64,000 nucleotides of DNA from NCBI GenBank assembly GCA_039933175.1, contig JBDTOR010000001.1, positions 16,420 through 80,419 on the forward strand. Direction: 5' to 3'. Positions 45,003 through 55,579 of this stretch are shown here, in pieces. Below the pieces are notes generated by a model. It did not search any database. It saw only the letters and a list, made by a program, of their open reading frames with translations, and was not told where the DNA came from. The position numbers and the translations under genes are program-made. Each line of letters starts with the position of its first letter. The stretch's first letter is position 1. The DNA is from Hyphomicrobium sp. Its GTDB lineage: Bacteria > Pseudomonadota > Alphaproteobacteria > Rhizobiales > Hyphomicrobiaceae.

Positions 45003-46244
45003 TCAAGTTGCGGGCGCCGCAACGCGATCAAGCGCGCGCGACAGACGCTGGACAGCATCGGCGATCTCTTCGTCGGCGATGTTGAGCGGAGGTAGCAGCC
45101 GCACGACGTTGTCGCTGGCGCCGGCGACGAGCAGCTTCTCGGCCAGAGCGGCCTTCACCACCTCCGCCGGCGCGACCTTCACCTTGATGCCGGCGAGCAG
45201 GCCCTGGCCGCGGACTTCTTCGACGAGATCGGGATGCGCGTCCTTTACGGACGCGAGCGCCTGTTTGAGACGCAGCGCCTTCTGTTGCACAGCCTCGAGG
45301 AAGCCCGGCTCCAGCACGCTTTCCAGAACCGCATAGCCAACCGCCGTCGCGAGCGGATTGCCGCCGAAGGTCGAGCCGTGCGTGCCGGGCGTCAGCCCCT
45401 TCGCCGCGTCCTCGGTCGCCAGCAGCGCGCCCAGCGGAAAGCCGCCGCCGATGCCCTTGGCGACGGGCATGAGATCGGGCGTGATGCCTGCCCACTCGTA
45501 TGCGAACAGCTTGCCCGAACGGCCCATGCCGCACTGGACCTCGTCGAATATGAGGAGGAGGCCGTGCTTGTCGCACAGCGCGCGCAAGGCCTGCAAGAAT
45601 TCTGGCGTCGCAACGTTGACGCCCCCTTCACCCTGCGCCGGCTCGATCATGATCGCCGCCGTCTCCGGCCCGATGACCTGCTCGACCGCAGCGAGGTCGC
45701 CGAATGGCACATGGTCGAAGCCCTCGACCGGAGGACCGAAGCCTTCGAGGTACTTCGGGTTGCCACCAGCCGCGATGGTCGCCAGCGTCCGGCCGTGGAA
45801 GGCGCCGCTGAAGGCGATGACGCGCCACCGCTGCGGATTGCCGGAGACATAGTGATAGCGGCGCGCGGCCTTGATCGCCGCTTCGCACGCTTCGGCGCCG
45901 GAATTGCAGAAGAACACCTTGTCGGCGAACGTCACGCCGACGAGCCGCTCAGCCAGCCGCTCTTGTCCCTCGACGCGGTAAAGGTTGGACGTGTGCCACA
46001 GCTTGCCGGCCTGCTCGGTGAGCGCGGCGATGAGGCGTGGATGCGCGTGGCCCAGCACGTTGACGGCAATGCCCGAGGCGAAGTCGAGATAGCGGTCGCC
46101 GGCAGCCGTAATCAGCCAGGCGCCCTCGCCCCGCTCGAAAACGAGGTTCTGGCGCCCATAAGTGCCCATGACGGCCGATGACGGGCCGGTTGTAGGGGCA
46201 GCGGCCTGGGTTGTGTGGTCCGAGGCCGCCAAGGATGCGGACAT
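45003..46244 (-). CDS. argD: Acetylornithine aminotransferase
   Basis: [44 protein letters not shown]. Confidence 0.95.
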   Translation of the reverse strand: MSASLAASDHTTQAAAPTTGPSSAVMGTYGRQNLVFERGEGAWLITAAGDRYLDFASGIAVNVLGHAHPRLIAALTEQAGKLWHTSNLYRVEGQERLAERLVGVTFADKVFFCNSGAEACEAAIKAARRYHYVSGNPQRWRVIAFSGAFHGRTLATIAAGGNPKYLEGFGPPVEGFDHVPFGDLAAVEQVIGPETAAIMIEPAQGEGGVNVATPEFLQALRALCDKHGLLLIFDEVQCGMGRSGKLFAYEWAGITPDLMPVAKGIGGGFPLGALLATEDAAKGLTPGTHGSTFGGNPLATAVGYAVLESVLEPGFLEAVQQKALRLKQALASVKDAHPDLVEEVRGQGLLAGIKVKVAPAEVVKAALAEKLLVAGASDNVVRLLPPLNIADEEIADAVQRLSRALDRVAAPAT

Positions 46245-46284
46245 CGGTCAGCCCACCCTGTGCAGCGAAGCGTCGCTGGAAACT

Positions 46285-46307
46285 AAAAAAGCCGCCTCCG
46301 CGGCGGC
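46285..46307 (-). terminator. Terminator-like hairpin within the argD leader
   Basis: Minus strand GCCGCC-GCGGA-GGCGGC-TTTTTT, between the predicted promoter and the argD start. Confidence 0.55.
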
Positions 46308-46319
46308 CATGAAGCGCTG

Positions 46320-46348
46320 TAGATACGCGCGAGGCCCATTTCTGTCAA
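46320..46348 (-). promoter_or_regulatory. Putative sigma70 promoter for argD-argF-hslO
   Basis: Minus strand TTGACA-N17-TATCTA. Confidence 0.55.
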
Positions 46349-46904
46349 CGGAATGGGCCGTTTCAACGCGTATTCAATAGCATTCAACGCCGGTTTACGT
46401 CATCCCGGCCGCGGAACTGTCAAACTTGTTCGCCAGTATTCACATCTGGGGATTGGTCGCCGCGACGGCCGCATGCCCCTCCGCGCGGAGCCAGCAACGA
46501 CGGGCAAAGAAGCAACGGGCAGGGCAGTTGCGTGTTGCGAATATGCCACCGGTTCCGCCGGATGCCCCGCCTGCCGGATCTCTGATCTTGTAGGCCCAAT
46601 TCAGCCTGTTGTAGGTTTCCTCCTGTCGCGGCACGAGGTCTCGCGTAGTCATCGAGACCCAGTCCTGTGTTGGCCCGGCGTGCGTTGGCGAAGCAGTTGC
46701 TCGCCCTGTCGAATATGCGCCGCTAGTCAAGCGTCATCCAGTTCGCGTCACCCAGTAAAGCGTCCCGTAACCGGCCAGGCCTTGGCTTGTCGCGTTTGTC
46801 GTAGCGTGTCCGCACGCTCCGCGCCGCGCCCGTGCCTGTCCCGATTGTCAATCGGTGTGCGCTTCTGTTTGCGCGCGCCCCTGATGCCCAGGGAGCGAAA
46901 TTTT

Positions 46905-47444
46905 ATGGCTTGGACGGATGAGCGCGTTGAGACGCTGAAGAAGCTGTGGGGGGAGGGCTTGAGCGCAAGCCAGATCGCCGGCCGGCTGGGCAGCGTCACC
47001 CGCAACGCCGTAATCGGCAAGGTTCACCGGCTGGGTCTCTCCGGCCGCGCCACCACCTCGCGCATGAAGAGCCATCGCCCGCGTCCGCGCATGGCTTCCA
47101 AGCGCATGGCGAAGGCGAGATTTTCGGCCACCGGCAATCCCGCCTTCCGCGCGCTCTATCAGGAGACGGAGGCGTACGTCCCACCGGTCGAGGAGATGAT
47201 CATCCCCCTGGCCGAGCGCAAAACCATCCAGACGTTGCTGGAGTGCAGCTGCCGCTGGCCGATCGGCGACCCGCAAATGTCCGATTTCCACTTCTGCGGC
47301 AAGGACAAGGTGCCGGGCCTGCCGTACTGCGAATTCCACGCCCGGCGTGCCTTCCAGCCGCCCCAGGCGCGCCGTCGCGAGCGCGAGCTCGTCCAAGTGC
47401 CGGGCCCTCTCGATGTCTCCATTCCGCGCAAAGAAACCGCTTAA
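46905..47444 (+). CDS. gcrA: GcrA cell-cycle regulator
   Basis: MAWTDERVE.LKKLW.EGLSASQIA, TRNAVIGKVHRLGL, CRWPIGDP, FCG, PYC..H. Confidence 0.96.
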   Translation: MAWTDERVETLKKLWGEGLSASQIAGRLGSVTRNAVIGKVHRLGLSGRATTSRMKSHRPRPRMASKRMAKARFSATGNPAFRALYQETEAYVPPVEEMIIPLAERKTIQTLLECSCRWPIGDPQMSDFHFCGKDKVPGLPYCEFHARRAFQPPQARRRERELVQVPGPLDVSIPRKETA

Positions 47445-47475
47445 GCGGACGACGCGGCGCTAGCTCAACTGACAC

Positions 47476-47509
47476 AACGCGCTGGACGCTCGTCCGGCGC
47501 GTTTTTTTT
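47476..47509 (+). terminator. Rho-independent terminator of gcrA
   Basis: AACGCGCTGGAC-GCTC-GTCCGGCGCGTT stem running into a T-tract; between convergent gcrA and phoB. Confidence 0.8.
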
Positions 47510-47525
47510 GTTCCGGTTGGTTGCG

Positions 47526-48212
47526 TCAGGCTTCGCCGAAGACGTATCCGGCCGAGCGCACGGTGCGGATCGGATCGCGCTCATTGCCGCGGATCAGCGA
47601 CTTGCGCAGGCGGCCGATGTGAACGTCGACAGTTCGCTCGTCGACGAAGGCGTCGCGTCCCCACACGCCGTCGAGCAACTGCGTGCGCGACAGAACGCGG
47701 CCGGAACTTTCCATGAGGAACTCGAGCAGCCGGAATTCTGTCGGACCCAGGCGCACCTGGCGCAGCCCGCGCGTGACGCGATGAGCGGCGCGGTCGAGCT
47801 CGATGTCGCCGATCTTCAGCACTTCTGCCACGCGATCGGGTGAGGTGCGGCGCAGGATGGCTTTGACGCGCGCCATGAGCTCCGGCAGCGAGAACGGCTT
47901 GACGACATAGTCGTCGGCTCCGGTCGACAGCCCGCGGATGCGGTCGCTTTCCTCGCCGCGCGCCGTCAACATGAGGATCGAAACGTTGCGCGAGTCCGAC
48001 TTGGCGCGCAGGCGCCGGCATAGCTCGATACCCGAGACGCCCGGCAGCATCCAGTCGAGCACGACGAGATCGGGGCGCTCCTCCTCGAGGAGGATGAGTG
48101 CTTCCTCGCCGGTCTCGGCGTGCGCGACGCGGAAGCCCTCCGCCTCGAGGTTGTAGCGCAGCATCTCGGCGAGCGGCGCCTCGTCCTCGACGATGAGAAC
48201 CTTAGCGGACAT
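47526..48212 (-). CDS. phoB: Phosphate regulon response regulator PhoB
   Basis: Receiver (VEDE, LDWMLP, KPF) plus OmpR-type wHTH (GPTEFRLL, RTVDVHIGRLR). Confidence 0.96.
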   Translation of the reverse strand: MSAKVLIVEDEAPLAEMLRYNLEAEGFRVAHAETGEEALILLEEERPDLVVLDWMLPGVSGIELCRRLRAKSDSRNVSILMLTARGEESDRIRGLSTGADDYVVKPFSLPELMARVKAILRRTSPDRVAEVLKIGDIELDRAAHRVTRGLRQVRLGPTEFRLLEFLMESSGRVLSRTQLLDGVWGRDAFVDERTVDVHIGRLRKSLIRGNERDPIRTVRSAGYVFGEA

Positions 48213-48230
48213 CCCGTTATCTCCGCCCCA

Positions 48231-48944
48231 TCATCGATTGCCGGAGATCAGCGTCGAGCTGGTCTGATCGTCCTTCGGACGATCGTCGGCAATGTTGAAG
48301 CCGCGGACGAGGAAGTGCACCGTCTCGGCGATGTTGGTCGTGTGATCGCCCACCCGCTCGACGTTCTTAGCGCCGAACAGAAGATGCGTGGAGATGCCGA
48401 TGTTGCGCGGGTCTTCCATCATGTACGTGAGTAGCTCGCGGAACAGCGAGTTGTACATCGCGTCGATCTGCGCATCGTTGCGCCACACGGCGAGGGCCTT
48501 GTCGGCGTCACGCTCGGAGTAGGCGTCGAGCACTTCCTTGAGCTGCTCGAGGGCCAGCTCCACCATGTGGCGGATGCCCGACATCAGCGGCTTGGGATGC
48601 GATTCATCGGCGATCGCCAGTGCGCGCTTGGCAATGTTCTTGGCCAGATCGCCGATGCGCTCGAGGTCGGTCGTGATGCGCAGAGCGCCCATGATGTGCC
48701 GCAGGTCGTCGGCCATCGGCTGACGGCGGGCGATCATGGAGATCACCTGCTCCTCGATCTCGCGTTCGAGATTGTCGATGGCGCGGTCGGACTGCACGAC
48801 CTCCTCGGCCAGCTTCGGATCACGGCGTTCCAGCGCACCGAGAGACTGACCGAGCAGCTGCTCGGCGAGGCCGCCCATCTGGGCGATCTTCTTGTCGAGC
48901 AGAGCCAGCTCTTCCTCGTAGGATTTTACGGTGTGCTCGTTCAT
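48231..48944 (-). CDS. phoU: Phosphate signalling protein PhoU
   Basis: QPMADDLR, DLERIGDLAKNIA, MMEDPRNI, ERVGDHTTNIAE. Confidence 0.96.
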   Translation of the reverse strand: MNEHTVKSYEEELALLDKKIAQMGGLAEQLLGQSLGALERRDPKLAEEVVQSDRAIDNLEREIEEQVISMIARRQPMADDLRHIMGALRITTDLERIGDLAKNIAKRALAIADESHPKPLMSGIRHMVELALEQLKEVLDAYSERDADKALAVWRNDAQIDAMYNSLFRELLTYMMEDPRNIGISTHLLFGAKNVERVGDHTTNIAETVHFLVRGFNIADDRPKDDQTSSTLISGNR

Positions 48945-49018
48945 GGAAGGCTCTCCTGTCGGGCGGGTCGTACCGGCTACGGGGCGGGCTGCGGGGCGGG
49001 CAAAGAGGCTCCTCAGCA

Positions 49019-49828
49019 TCAGCCGAACCGGCCAGTGATGTAGTCCTGGGTGCGCTTTTGTTTGGGGCTGGTGAAAATCTCGGAGGTCACCCCTTCCTCG
49101 ACCAGCTCTCCAAGATGGAAGAACGCCGTACGCTGCGAGACACGCGCCGCCTGCTGCATGGAGTGGGTGACGATGATGATGCAGTAGTTCTTACGCAGCT
49201 CGTCGATCAGCTCCTCAATGCGCGCCGTGGCGATCGGGTCGAGCGCCGAGCATGGCTCGTCCATGAGGATGACTTCAGGGTTCACCGCGATGGCGCGCGC
49301 GATGCACAGGCGCTGTTGCTGCCCGCCGGAAAGGCCGGTGCCGGGCTCATCCAGGCGATCCTTCACCTCTTTCCACAGGCCGGCCTTTTCGAGGCTCGAC
49401 TGCACGACGTCGTCGAGGTCGGCTTTCGAATGGCAAAGGCCATGGATGCGCGGGCCGTAGGCGACGTTCTCGAAGATCGACTTCGGAAATGGATTCGGCT
49501 TCTGGAACACCATGCCGACGCGGGCACGCAGCTGCACCACGTCGAGGCTCGGATCGTAGATATCCTGGTTGTCGATGATGATCTTGCCGGTGACCTTGGC
49601 GATCGGGATGGTGTCGTTCATGCGGTTGATGCAGCGCAGGAACGTCGACTTGCCGCAACCGGAAGGACCGATGAAGGCCATCACCGCGCGGTCGGGTATG
49701 TTCACGGACACGCTCTGCAGCGCCTGCTTGGCGCCGTAGAACACGTTGACGTCCTGCGCCACGACCTTGGTCTCGGTGCGCGCGTCGACGGGAGAACTCT
49801 GAACGTCCAGGGTCGGCATCTTGAGCAT
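49019..49828 (-). CDS. pstB: Phosphate ABC transporter ATP-binding protein
   Basis: [47 protein letters not shown]. Confidence 0.97.
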   Translation of the reverse strand: MLKMPTLDVQSSPVDARTETKVVAQDVNVFYGAKQALQSVSVNIPDRAVMAFIGPSGCGKSTFLRCINRMNDTIPIAKVTGKIIIDNQDIYDPSLDVVQLRARVGMVFQKPNPFPKSIFENVAYGPRIHGLCHSKADLDDVVQSSLEKAGLWKEVKDRLDEPGTGLSGGQQQRLCIARAIAVNPEVILMDEPCSALDPIATARIEELIDELRKNYCIIIVTHSMQQAARVSQRTAFFHLGELVEEGVTSEIFTSPKQKRTQDYITGRFG

Positions 49829-49853
49829 CTACGGCTCCTGAGGGAACGAGACT

Positions 49854-51194
49854 TTACCACCGCCGCTCGTACTTGCGGCGAAGAATGACGGCAACGAGGT
49901 TCATGCAGATCAGCACTGCGAGCAGGATAATGGTGGCGCCGGCAGTGCGCTCGACGAAGCCGCGCTCCGCCGAGGTGGCCCACATGTAGATCTGCACGGG
50001 AAGCGCCGTGGACGGTGCCAGCGGCGAGGTTGGGTATTCGACGACGAAGGCGACCATGCCGATCATGAGCAGGGGCGCCGTCTCGCCCAGCGCCTTGGCG
50101 AGGCCGATGATCGTCCCCGTCAGGATGCCAGGCATGGCCAGCGGCACGACATGATGGGCGATGGTCTGCATCTTCGAGGCGCCGACGCCGAGGGCCGCTT
50201 CGCGGATCGAGGGCGGAACGGCGCCGATGGCGGCGCGCGTGGCGATGATGATGGTCGGCAGCGTCATCAGCGTCAGCACCAGGCCGCCGACGATCGAAGC
50301 GGAACGCGGCAGGCCCGCGAAGTTGATGAAGATGGCGAGGCCGAGAAGGCCGAAGACGATCGACGGCACGGCCGCCAGATTGTTGATGTTGACCTCGATG
50401 AGGTCCGTCCAGAAGTTCTTGGGGGCGAACTCCTGCAGGTAGACCGCGGCGGCAACGCCGAGCGGCACCGCCAGCAGCAGCACAGTGATCATCATGAACA
50501 GGGAGCCGACCATGGCGACGCCGATGCCAGCCGTCTCCGGATTGCTCGAAGCGCCGTTGGTGAACAAGCCTGTGTTGAACCGCTTGGCCAGGGCTCCGGA
50601 CGCCGACAGCTTGTCGATCCAGGCGAGCTGCTGATCGGAGATCTTGCGTGTCTGCGCCGGCAGGTTGCGGTCGAGCGTTCCCTTCATCAGGTTGTCGACG
50701 CGACCGCTGGCCAGCACCCAGATCGGCACCGTCTTGCCGATGACGGATGGGTCGGCGAGGACGGCCTTGCGGATCTCGACATCGACGTCGCGCGACAGCA
50801 GCGCTCCAACCTCACGCATCTGCATCTTGTTGGCCGGGTCGGCGCCGACTGCCGATGCCAAAGCCTTCTTGGCGAGGAGCGTGTAGTCGGCGGTCATCAA
50901 TGCTGTGGGTTCGCGTTTGCCGTCCGGATCAATCACGGAACGGTCGAGAAAGACGTTGAGCTCCAGCGATGACTGCACGAACGCCGTGTAGCCGGTTGAA
51001 ACGATGCTACCGAACAGCACCGCAAGGAACACGAGGCCAAACAGGATGGCGGCGACGCCGTAGGCGCGAAAGCGCCGCTCGGCCGCATAACGCTTCTTGA
51101 TCGAGCGCTTGATGGCGGCGCTCGCCGCAGCGCCGGGTCCGGACGGACCGGCCATCGGCCCAGAAAACGGTCCTGGAACAGTCTCGACAGCCAT
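49854..51194 (-). CDS. pstA: Phosphate ABC transporter permease PstA
   Basis: NLAAVPSIVFGLLG, REAALGVGAS, ALGETAPL; true ATG at 51194 overlaps the pstC stop. Confidence 0.95.
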   Translation of the reverse strand: MAVETVPGPFSGPMAGPSGPGAAASAAIKRSIKKRYAAERRFRAYGVAAILFGLVFLAVLFGSIVSTGYTAFVQSSLELNVFLDRSVIDPDGKREPTALMTADYTLLAKKALASAVGADPANKMQMREVGALLSRDVDVEIRKAVLADPSVIGKTVPIWVLASGRVDNLMKGTLDRNLPAQTRKISDQQLAWIDKLSASGALAKRFNTGLFTNGASSNPETAGIGVAMVGSLFMMITVLLLAVPLGVAAAVYLQEFAPKNFWTDLIEVNINNLAAVPSIVFGLLGLAIFINFAGLPRSASIVGGLVLTLMTLPTIIIATRAAIGAVPPSIREAALGVGASKMQTIAHHVVPLAMPGILTGTIIGLAKALGETAPLLMIGMVAFVVEYPTSPLAPSTALPVQIYMWATSAERGFVERTAGATIILLAVLICMNLVAVILRRKYERRW

Positions 51195-52675
51195 TATTCG
51201 TACTGCTCCCGGTATTTGCGCACGATGTAGAGCGCGTAGATGTTGAGGCACAGCGTGAAGACGAACAGCGTCAGGCCAAGCGCGAAGGCAACGAGGGTCT
51301 GCGGCGAGTTGAATTCCAAGTCGCCCGTGAGCTGGCTGACGATCTTGACGGTGATTGTCGTCACCGGCTCCAGCGGATTGAGGGTCAGGTTGGCGGCGAT
51401 GCCGGCGGCCAGCACGACGATCATCGTCTCGCCGATGGCGCGCGAGGCGGCGAGCAGCACGGCGCCGACGATGCCCGGCAGCGCCGCCGGTAGGATGACA
51501 CGCTTGATCGTCTCCGATTGCGTGGCTCCGAGGCCGTAGGAGCCTTCGCGCAACGACTGCGGCACGGCGTTGATGATGTCGTCCGACAACGAGGAAACGA
51601 ACGGAATGAGCATCACACCCATGATCAGGCCGGCCGACAGCACGCTCGACGGGGAAATGCTGAGACCGATATGGCCGCCGGCATCGCGCAGGAACGGTCC
51701 GAAGGTGATCAGCGCGAAGAGGCCGTAGACGATGGTCGGTATGCCGGCGAGGATTTCCAGCAGCGGCTTCGCAATCGTGCGCACACCGCGGCTGGCGTAT
51801 TCGGACATGTAGATGGCGGCGAACAGCCCGACCGGCACGGCGACGAACAGGGCGACAACCGAGATGTACAGGGTGCCCCAGAGTAGCGGCAACAGGCCGA
51901 ACTCGCCTTCGCCGGCGCTGGCGTTGCCCGCCGCCGAGAAGCGCGGATCCCATTGGGTGCCGAAGAAGAAGCGCAGCGGGTCGACCATCCCGAAGAAGTG
52001 GATGCTCTCGAACAGCATCGAGCAAATGATGCCGACGGTCGTCAGGATGGCCACCGTGGACGAGAGGATCAGTCCGGCAAGGACAACGCTTTCGACGGCG
52101 TTGCGCGCCCGCAGCTTGGGATGCACGCGCCAGTTGGCGTAGAGGAAGCCCAGCAGCGCAATGCCAATGGCGGCGCAGGCTATATACAGCTTGCCCCGGT
52201 TTTGCAGGTCGGCTTGGTCGTACGCGGCGGCGATCACGTAGGGCTCGGGCGCCGAGCCGAGGGCGATGCCGCGCTCCTGCAGCACGCGCTGCGCATCGGC
52301 GGGCGAGGTGAAGCCATAACGCGTCTTGCGTACGATCTCGAACTCGTCTTTCGACAGCTGCGGCAGGCCGCGAGCCACCGACGCAACCCGCCCAATGACG
52401 AGTGACTGCTCGGCCGGCGAGAGCGCTTGAACGTTCGCGGGCAGGCTTTCGGCAGTGAAATGGCGAACCAAGCTGGGCTCGGCCGCACTCCACAGCAGTG
52501 TCACGAGCAACGCCGGCAGCAGCGTCCACAGTGCCAGGTACGTTCCGTAGTAGCCGGGGCGCGAATGAAGCTGGGCATCGCCCTTCTTGGCCAGCGCATT
52601 GGCGCGCGATACCCCGAGAGCGAAGGCGAGTAGGCTCGCGACGATCAGGCCCAGAATGATGACGGAGGTCGACAC
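51194..52675 (-). CDS. pstC: Phosphate ABC transporter permease PstC
   Basis: HSRPGYYG, LEILAGIPTIVYG, SRAIGETM. Confidence 0.95.
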   Translation of the reverse strand: MSTSVIILGLIVASLLAFALGVSRANALAKKGDAQLHSRPGYYGTYLALWTLLPALLVTLLWSAAEPSLVRHFTAESLPANVQALSPAEQSLVIGRVASVARGLPQLSKDEFEIVRKTRYGFTSPADAQRVLQERGIALGSAPEPYVIAAAYDQADLQNRGKLYIACAAIGIALLGFLYANWRVHPKLRARNAVESVVLAGLILSSTVAILTTVGIICSMLFESIHFFGMVDPLRFFFGTQWDPRFSAAGNASAGEGEFGLLPLLWGTLYISVVALFVAVPVGLFAAIYMSEYASRGVRTIAKPLLEILAGIPTIVYGLFALITFGPFLRDAGGHIGLSISPSSVLSAGLIMGVMLIPFVSSLSDDIINAVPQSLREGSYGLGATQSETIKRVILPAALPGIVGAVLLAASRAIGETMIVVLAAGIAANLTLNPLEPVTTITVKIVSQLTGDLEFNSPQTLVAFALGLTLFVFTLCLNIYALYIVRKYREQYE

Positions 52676-52774
52676 TCGAAATCCTCGCTCGCGGCGCCAA
52701 CCGGCGTGCGCCGCACTTCGTTCCGGGCACGGCTGCGCGCCGCTTTTTATTCAATCCCGGCCGTTTGTCGAGAA

Positions 52775-52805
52775 CGGTCCGGATCTCGCCGCGAGACCCG
52801 GACCG
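52775..52805 (-). other. Stem-loop between pstS and pstC (likely mRNA stabiliser or partial terminator)
   Basis: CGGTCCGG-A-TCTCG-CCG-CGAGA-C-CCGGACCG. Confidence 0.5.
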
Positions 52806-52830
52806 CCTATTCGTAGAAGCAGCGCCGTCC

Positions 52831-53889
52831 TTACATGGACTTGGCGGCCTTCACGTCTTCCTGCAGCTTAGCGCGCTCAGAGTCCGGCGAGGGAACGAGG
52901 CCGTACTCGGCGAGCGGGCCCTCGGGGCCAATCATCTTGTCCGACGAGAAGAATTCCACGTACTCCTTGAGGCCGGGAACGACGCCGATGTGCGCCTTCT
53001 TCACGTAGAACTGCAGCGGACGCGACACCGGGTACTTGCCGGCAGCGACCGTCTCGACCGACGGCTTCACGCCGCTGATCGTCGCAACCTTCAGCTTGTC
53101 GGTGTTGTTCTCGTAGAACGACAGACCGAACACGCCAACGCTCTTCGGGTTGGAAGAAAGACGGGCGAGCGTCTCGGTGTAGTCGCCGTCGATGTCGACA
53201 GCGGCGCCATCCTTGCGGACCCGCGTAGCGGCCTTATCAGCGGCCTTCTTCTTGGCCGCGTCGTCGGCACCCTCGGCCTTGGCGAGGAAGAGCTTGTCAG
53301 CGCCGGCAGCCTTGGCGCCAGCGTGCAACACCTTCTCCTCGAACACTTCGCGCGTGCCGTGCTTCTCGCCCGGGATGTAGGCGACGATCGGCCAGTCGGG
53401 GAGCGAAGGATTCACTTCCTTCCAGGTCTTGGCGGTGTTCGGGACGAGAGCGCCATCCTTCGGCACCTCAGCGGCAAGGGCGAGGTAGAGGTCCTTCGGC
53501 TCGAGAGCCCAGTCATCCGACTTGGCGTCGACGGCGAAGACGATGCCGTCATAGCCGAACTGGACCTCGACGATCTCCTTCACGCCGTTCTTGGCGCAAT
53601 CTGCGATCTCTTCTTTCTTGATCTTGCGCGAGGCATTGGCGATGTCGATGGTGGCGTCGCCAAGGCCCTGGCAGAACTGCTTGATGCCCGCGCCGGTGCC
53701 GCCCGACTCGACGATCGGGGTCTTGAAGTTGCTGTTGGCCTTGCCGAACTGCTCGGCAACGATGTTGGCGTACGGCAGAACCGTTGAAGAACCGGCGATC
53801 TGGATCTGATCGCGGGCGACAGCCGCGCCCGAGAACGCAATCGTGCCGACGACGGCCGCCGCCGCGCAGGCGATGAACTTTGTGCTCAC
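52831..53889 (-). CDS. pstS: Phosphate ABC transporter substrate-binding protein
   Basis: GTG start with SD AAGGAG; signal peptide; AGSSTV, SGGTGAG, ANASR, YPVSRPL. Confidence 0.93.
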   Translation of the reverse strand: MSTKFIACAAAAVVGTIAFSGAAVARDQIQIAGSSTVLPYANIVAEQFGKANSNFKTPIVESGGTGAGIKQFCQGLGDATIDIANASRKIKKEEIADCAKNGVKEIVEVQFGYDGIVFAVDAKSDDWALEPKDLYLALAAEVPKDGALVPNTAKTWKEVNPSLPDWPIVAYIPGEKHGTREVFEEKVLHAGAKAAGADKLFLAKAEGADDAAKKKAADKAATRVRKDGAAVDIDGDYTETLARLSSNPKSVGVFGLSFYENNTDKLKVATISGVKPSVETVAAGKYPVSRPLQFYVKKAHIGVVPGLKEYVEFFSSDKMIGPEGPLAEYGLVPSPDSERAKLQEDVKAAKSM

Positions 53890-54005
53890 ACTGATCTCCT
53901 TATGGAGGTGACAGCGGGGCCGTGCGAATTCCGCACTAGCAACCTCTCCCCGCTCCGGCGCCCTTGCGCCGTGCGGCTTAGATAGACCAGCGCAGCGATA
54001 CTTTA

Positions 54006-54023
54006 GTGACAGGTTAATGTATT
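54006..54023 (-). promoter_or_regulatory. Putative Pho box upstream of pstS
   Basis: Minus strand AATACAT-TAAC-CTGTCAC: one consensus half-site and one degenerate half-site at 11-bp spacing, in an AT-rich tract. Confidence 0.5.
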
Positions 54024-54084
54024 GATTATTCTGGACTAATATGAACATTTTCGTTTGTTGCTGAAACGCGAACCCAAGCGGGCC

Positions 54085-55443
54085 TCAGGCACCGGCGCCA
54101 AGCTCGTCGAAGCTGGCCGTAAAGCTCGACCCGGCGCCGAGGCGCGAGGCGATGCGCAATTCCCCGCGATGGCGATTAACGATGTGCTTGACGATGGCGA
54201 GGCCGAGCCCGGTACCGCCCTTCTCGCGGCTCGAGGCGACGCTCACCCGGTAGAAGCGCTCGGTCAGACGGGGCAGGTGCTCGGGGGAGATGCCCGGCCC
54301 GTTGTCGACGACACTCACCCATACACGCGCATCACCGGCGCCCCGCGCTGCATCGCGCCCGACGCGCACCTCGATCGTGCCGCCCTCGCGGCCATATTTG
54401 ATGGCGTTCTGGATGAAGTTCTGCAGCACCTGGACAATCTCTTCACGGTCGCCGCGAATGCGCGCCGGCGTCTCGTCGCGGACCAGCGACAGTTTTACTT
54501 TGGCGCCCTCGGCTACCGGCTCCAGCGATTGATAGACGTACGCCGCCGTCTCGTTGAGCTCGACGATACCGCGCGGCGGCAGATGCACGCGCATCTCGAC
54601 GCGGCTGAGCGACAGCAGGTCGTCGATGAGGCGCGTCATGCGCTCGGCTTGGCTCGCCATCAGCGTCAGGAAACGCGTGCGTGCCGCAACATCGTCGCGC
54701 GCCGGGCCCTGCAGCGTTTCCACGAAGGCGCGCAGCGAGGCCAGCGGCGTGCGCAATTCGTGGCTGGCGTTAGCGATGAAATCGGCGCGCATCTGCGCGA
54801 GGCGGTCCTGCTCGGTGAGATCGCGGAAGGTGACGAGCACATGTGGCGAGGTCGATGCCGACGAACCCTCGAGCCGCGATACGGTCGCGGCCACGCGGCG
54901 CTCCACGGGCACACGCTCGACGAGATCGACGTCGATGCGGTCGTCCGAGGCGAGCACGCGGTCGACCGCGACCAGCAGGTCGGGGCTGCGTGAGACCTGG
55001 CTCATCGGCTGGCCACTCTTGATCTTGGGAAACATTTCGGTGGCAAGTCGGTTGTGATGCACCAACGTACCCGCGCCATCGAGCGCCAGCGCCGCCGTTG
55101 GAATTGCATCAACGACTGCGCGCCACGTTTTGCGATCGCTGCTTGCCGTTCGATTGATGCTGACGGCCCCGGTATCGCCTGAGAGCGCGTCGATAAAGGC
55201 GGCAGAATCGAGCGGCCACGTCGCCGCCGCCAGCAGCAGCAGCGCTGTAGCCCCGAAGGCGGCCATCCCGTGCAGCTCGCCGAGCAGCACCAACACCGCG
55301 AGAATGCCGATGGCGGCTGCGATCGGCATCCAGCGTGCAGCCAGCCGCCGCTTGGCCGCCGCCCACGCCGCGCTCGCCCACAGCCCCACCTCGGCCCTGC
55401 GCTCGGCCCACCGCACGTTGCTCAGCGCCGTGCCTAGGGACAT
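54085..55443 (-). CDS. phoR: Phosphate regulon sensor kinase PhoR
   Basis: TM pair, PAS-like region, DFIANASHELRTPL, NAIKY, ERFYRV, GGTGLGL. Confidence 0.93.
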   Translation of the reverse strand: MSLGTALSNVRWAERRAEVGLWASAAWAAAKRRLAARWMPIAAAIGILAVLVLLGELHGMAAFGATALLLLAAATWPLDSAAFIDALSGDTGAVSINRTASSDRKTWRAVVDAIPTAALALDGAGTLVHHNRLATEMFPKIKSGQPMSQVSRSPDLLVAVDRVLASDDRIDVDLVERVPVERRVAATVSRLEGSSASTSPHVLVTFRDLTEQDRLAQMRADFIANASHELRTPLASLRAFVETLQGPARDDVAARTRFLTLMASQAERMTRLIDDLLSLSRVEMRVHLPPRGIVELNETAAYVYQSLEPVAEGAKVKLSLVRDETPARIRGDREEIVQVLQNFIQNAIKYGREGGTIEVRVGRDAARGAGDARVWVSVVDNGPGISPEHLPRLTERFYRVSVASSREKGGTGLGLAIVKHIVNRHRGELRIASRLGAGSSFTASFDELGAGA

Positions 55444-55579
55444 TGTGCTCTCATGGTTGATCCGATTGCTGGGAACGTGACACGTAGATAGATGGGAACA
55501 TAACGCCTTTCAAACATGACCGGCGCACGTCATCAGATTCACCTTACACTGACGCTCGCACAGGAACGGATTAACGACC

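Noticed and set aside
46353-47444. 363-aa N-terminally extended GcrA
   Set aside because: Similarity begins at MAWTDERV (46905), which has its own GGGAG SD-like sequence; the extension looks non-coding.
49854-52754. 966-aa ORF suggesting a giant PstA fusion
   Set aside because: The upstream 520 codons are an off-frame overlap of pstC. The real pstA starts at 51194, coupled to the pstC stop.
54210-54220. GGTACCGCC matching the tRNA-His 3' end (possible att site)
   Set aside because: Only 9 bp, and it lies within the conserved GGTG codons of phoR; a chance match.
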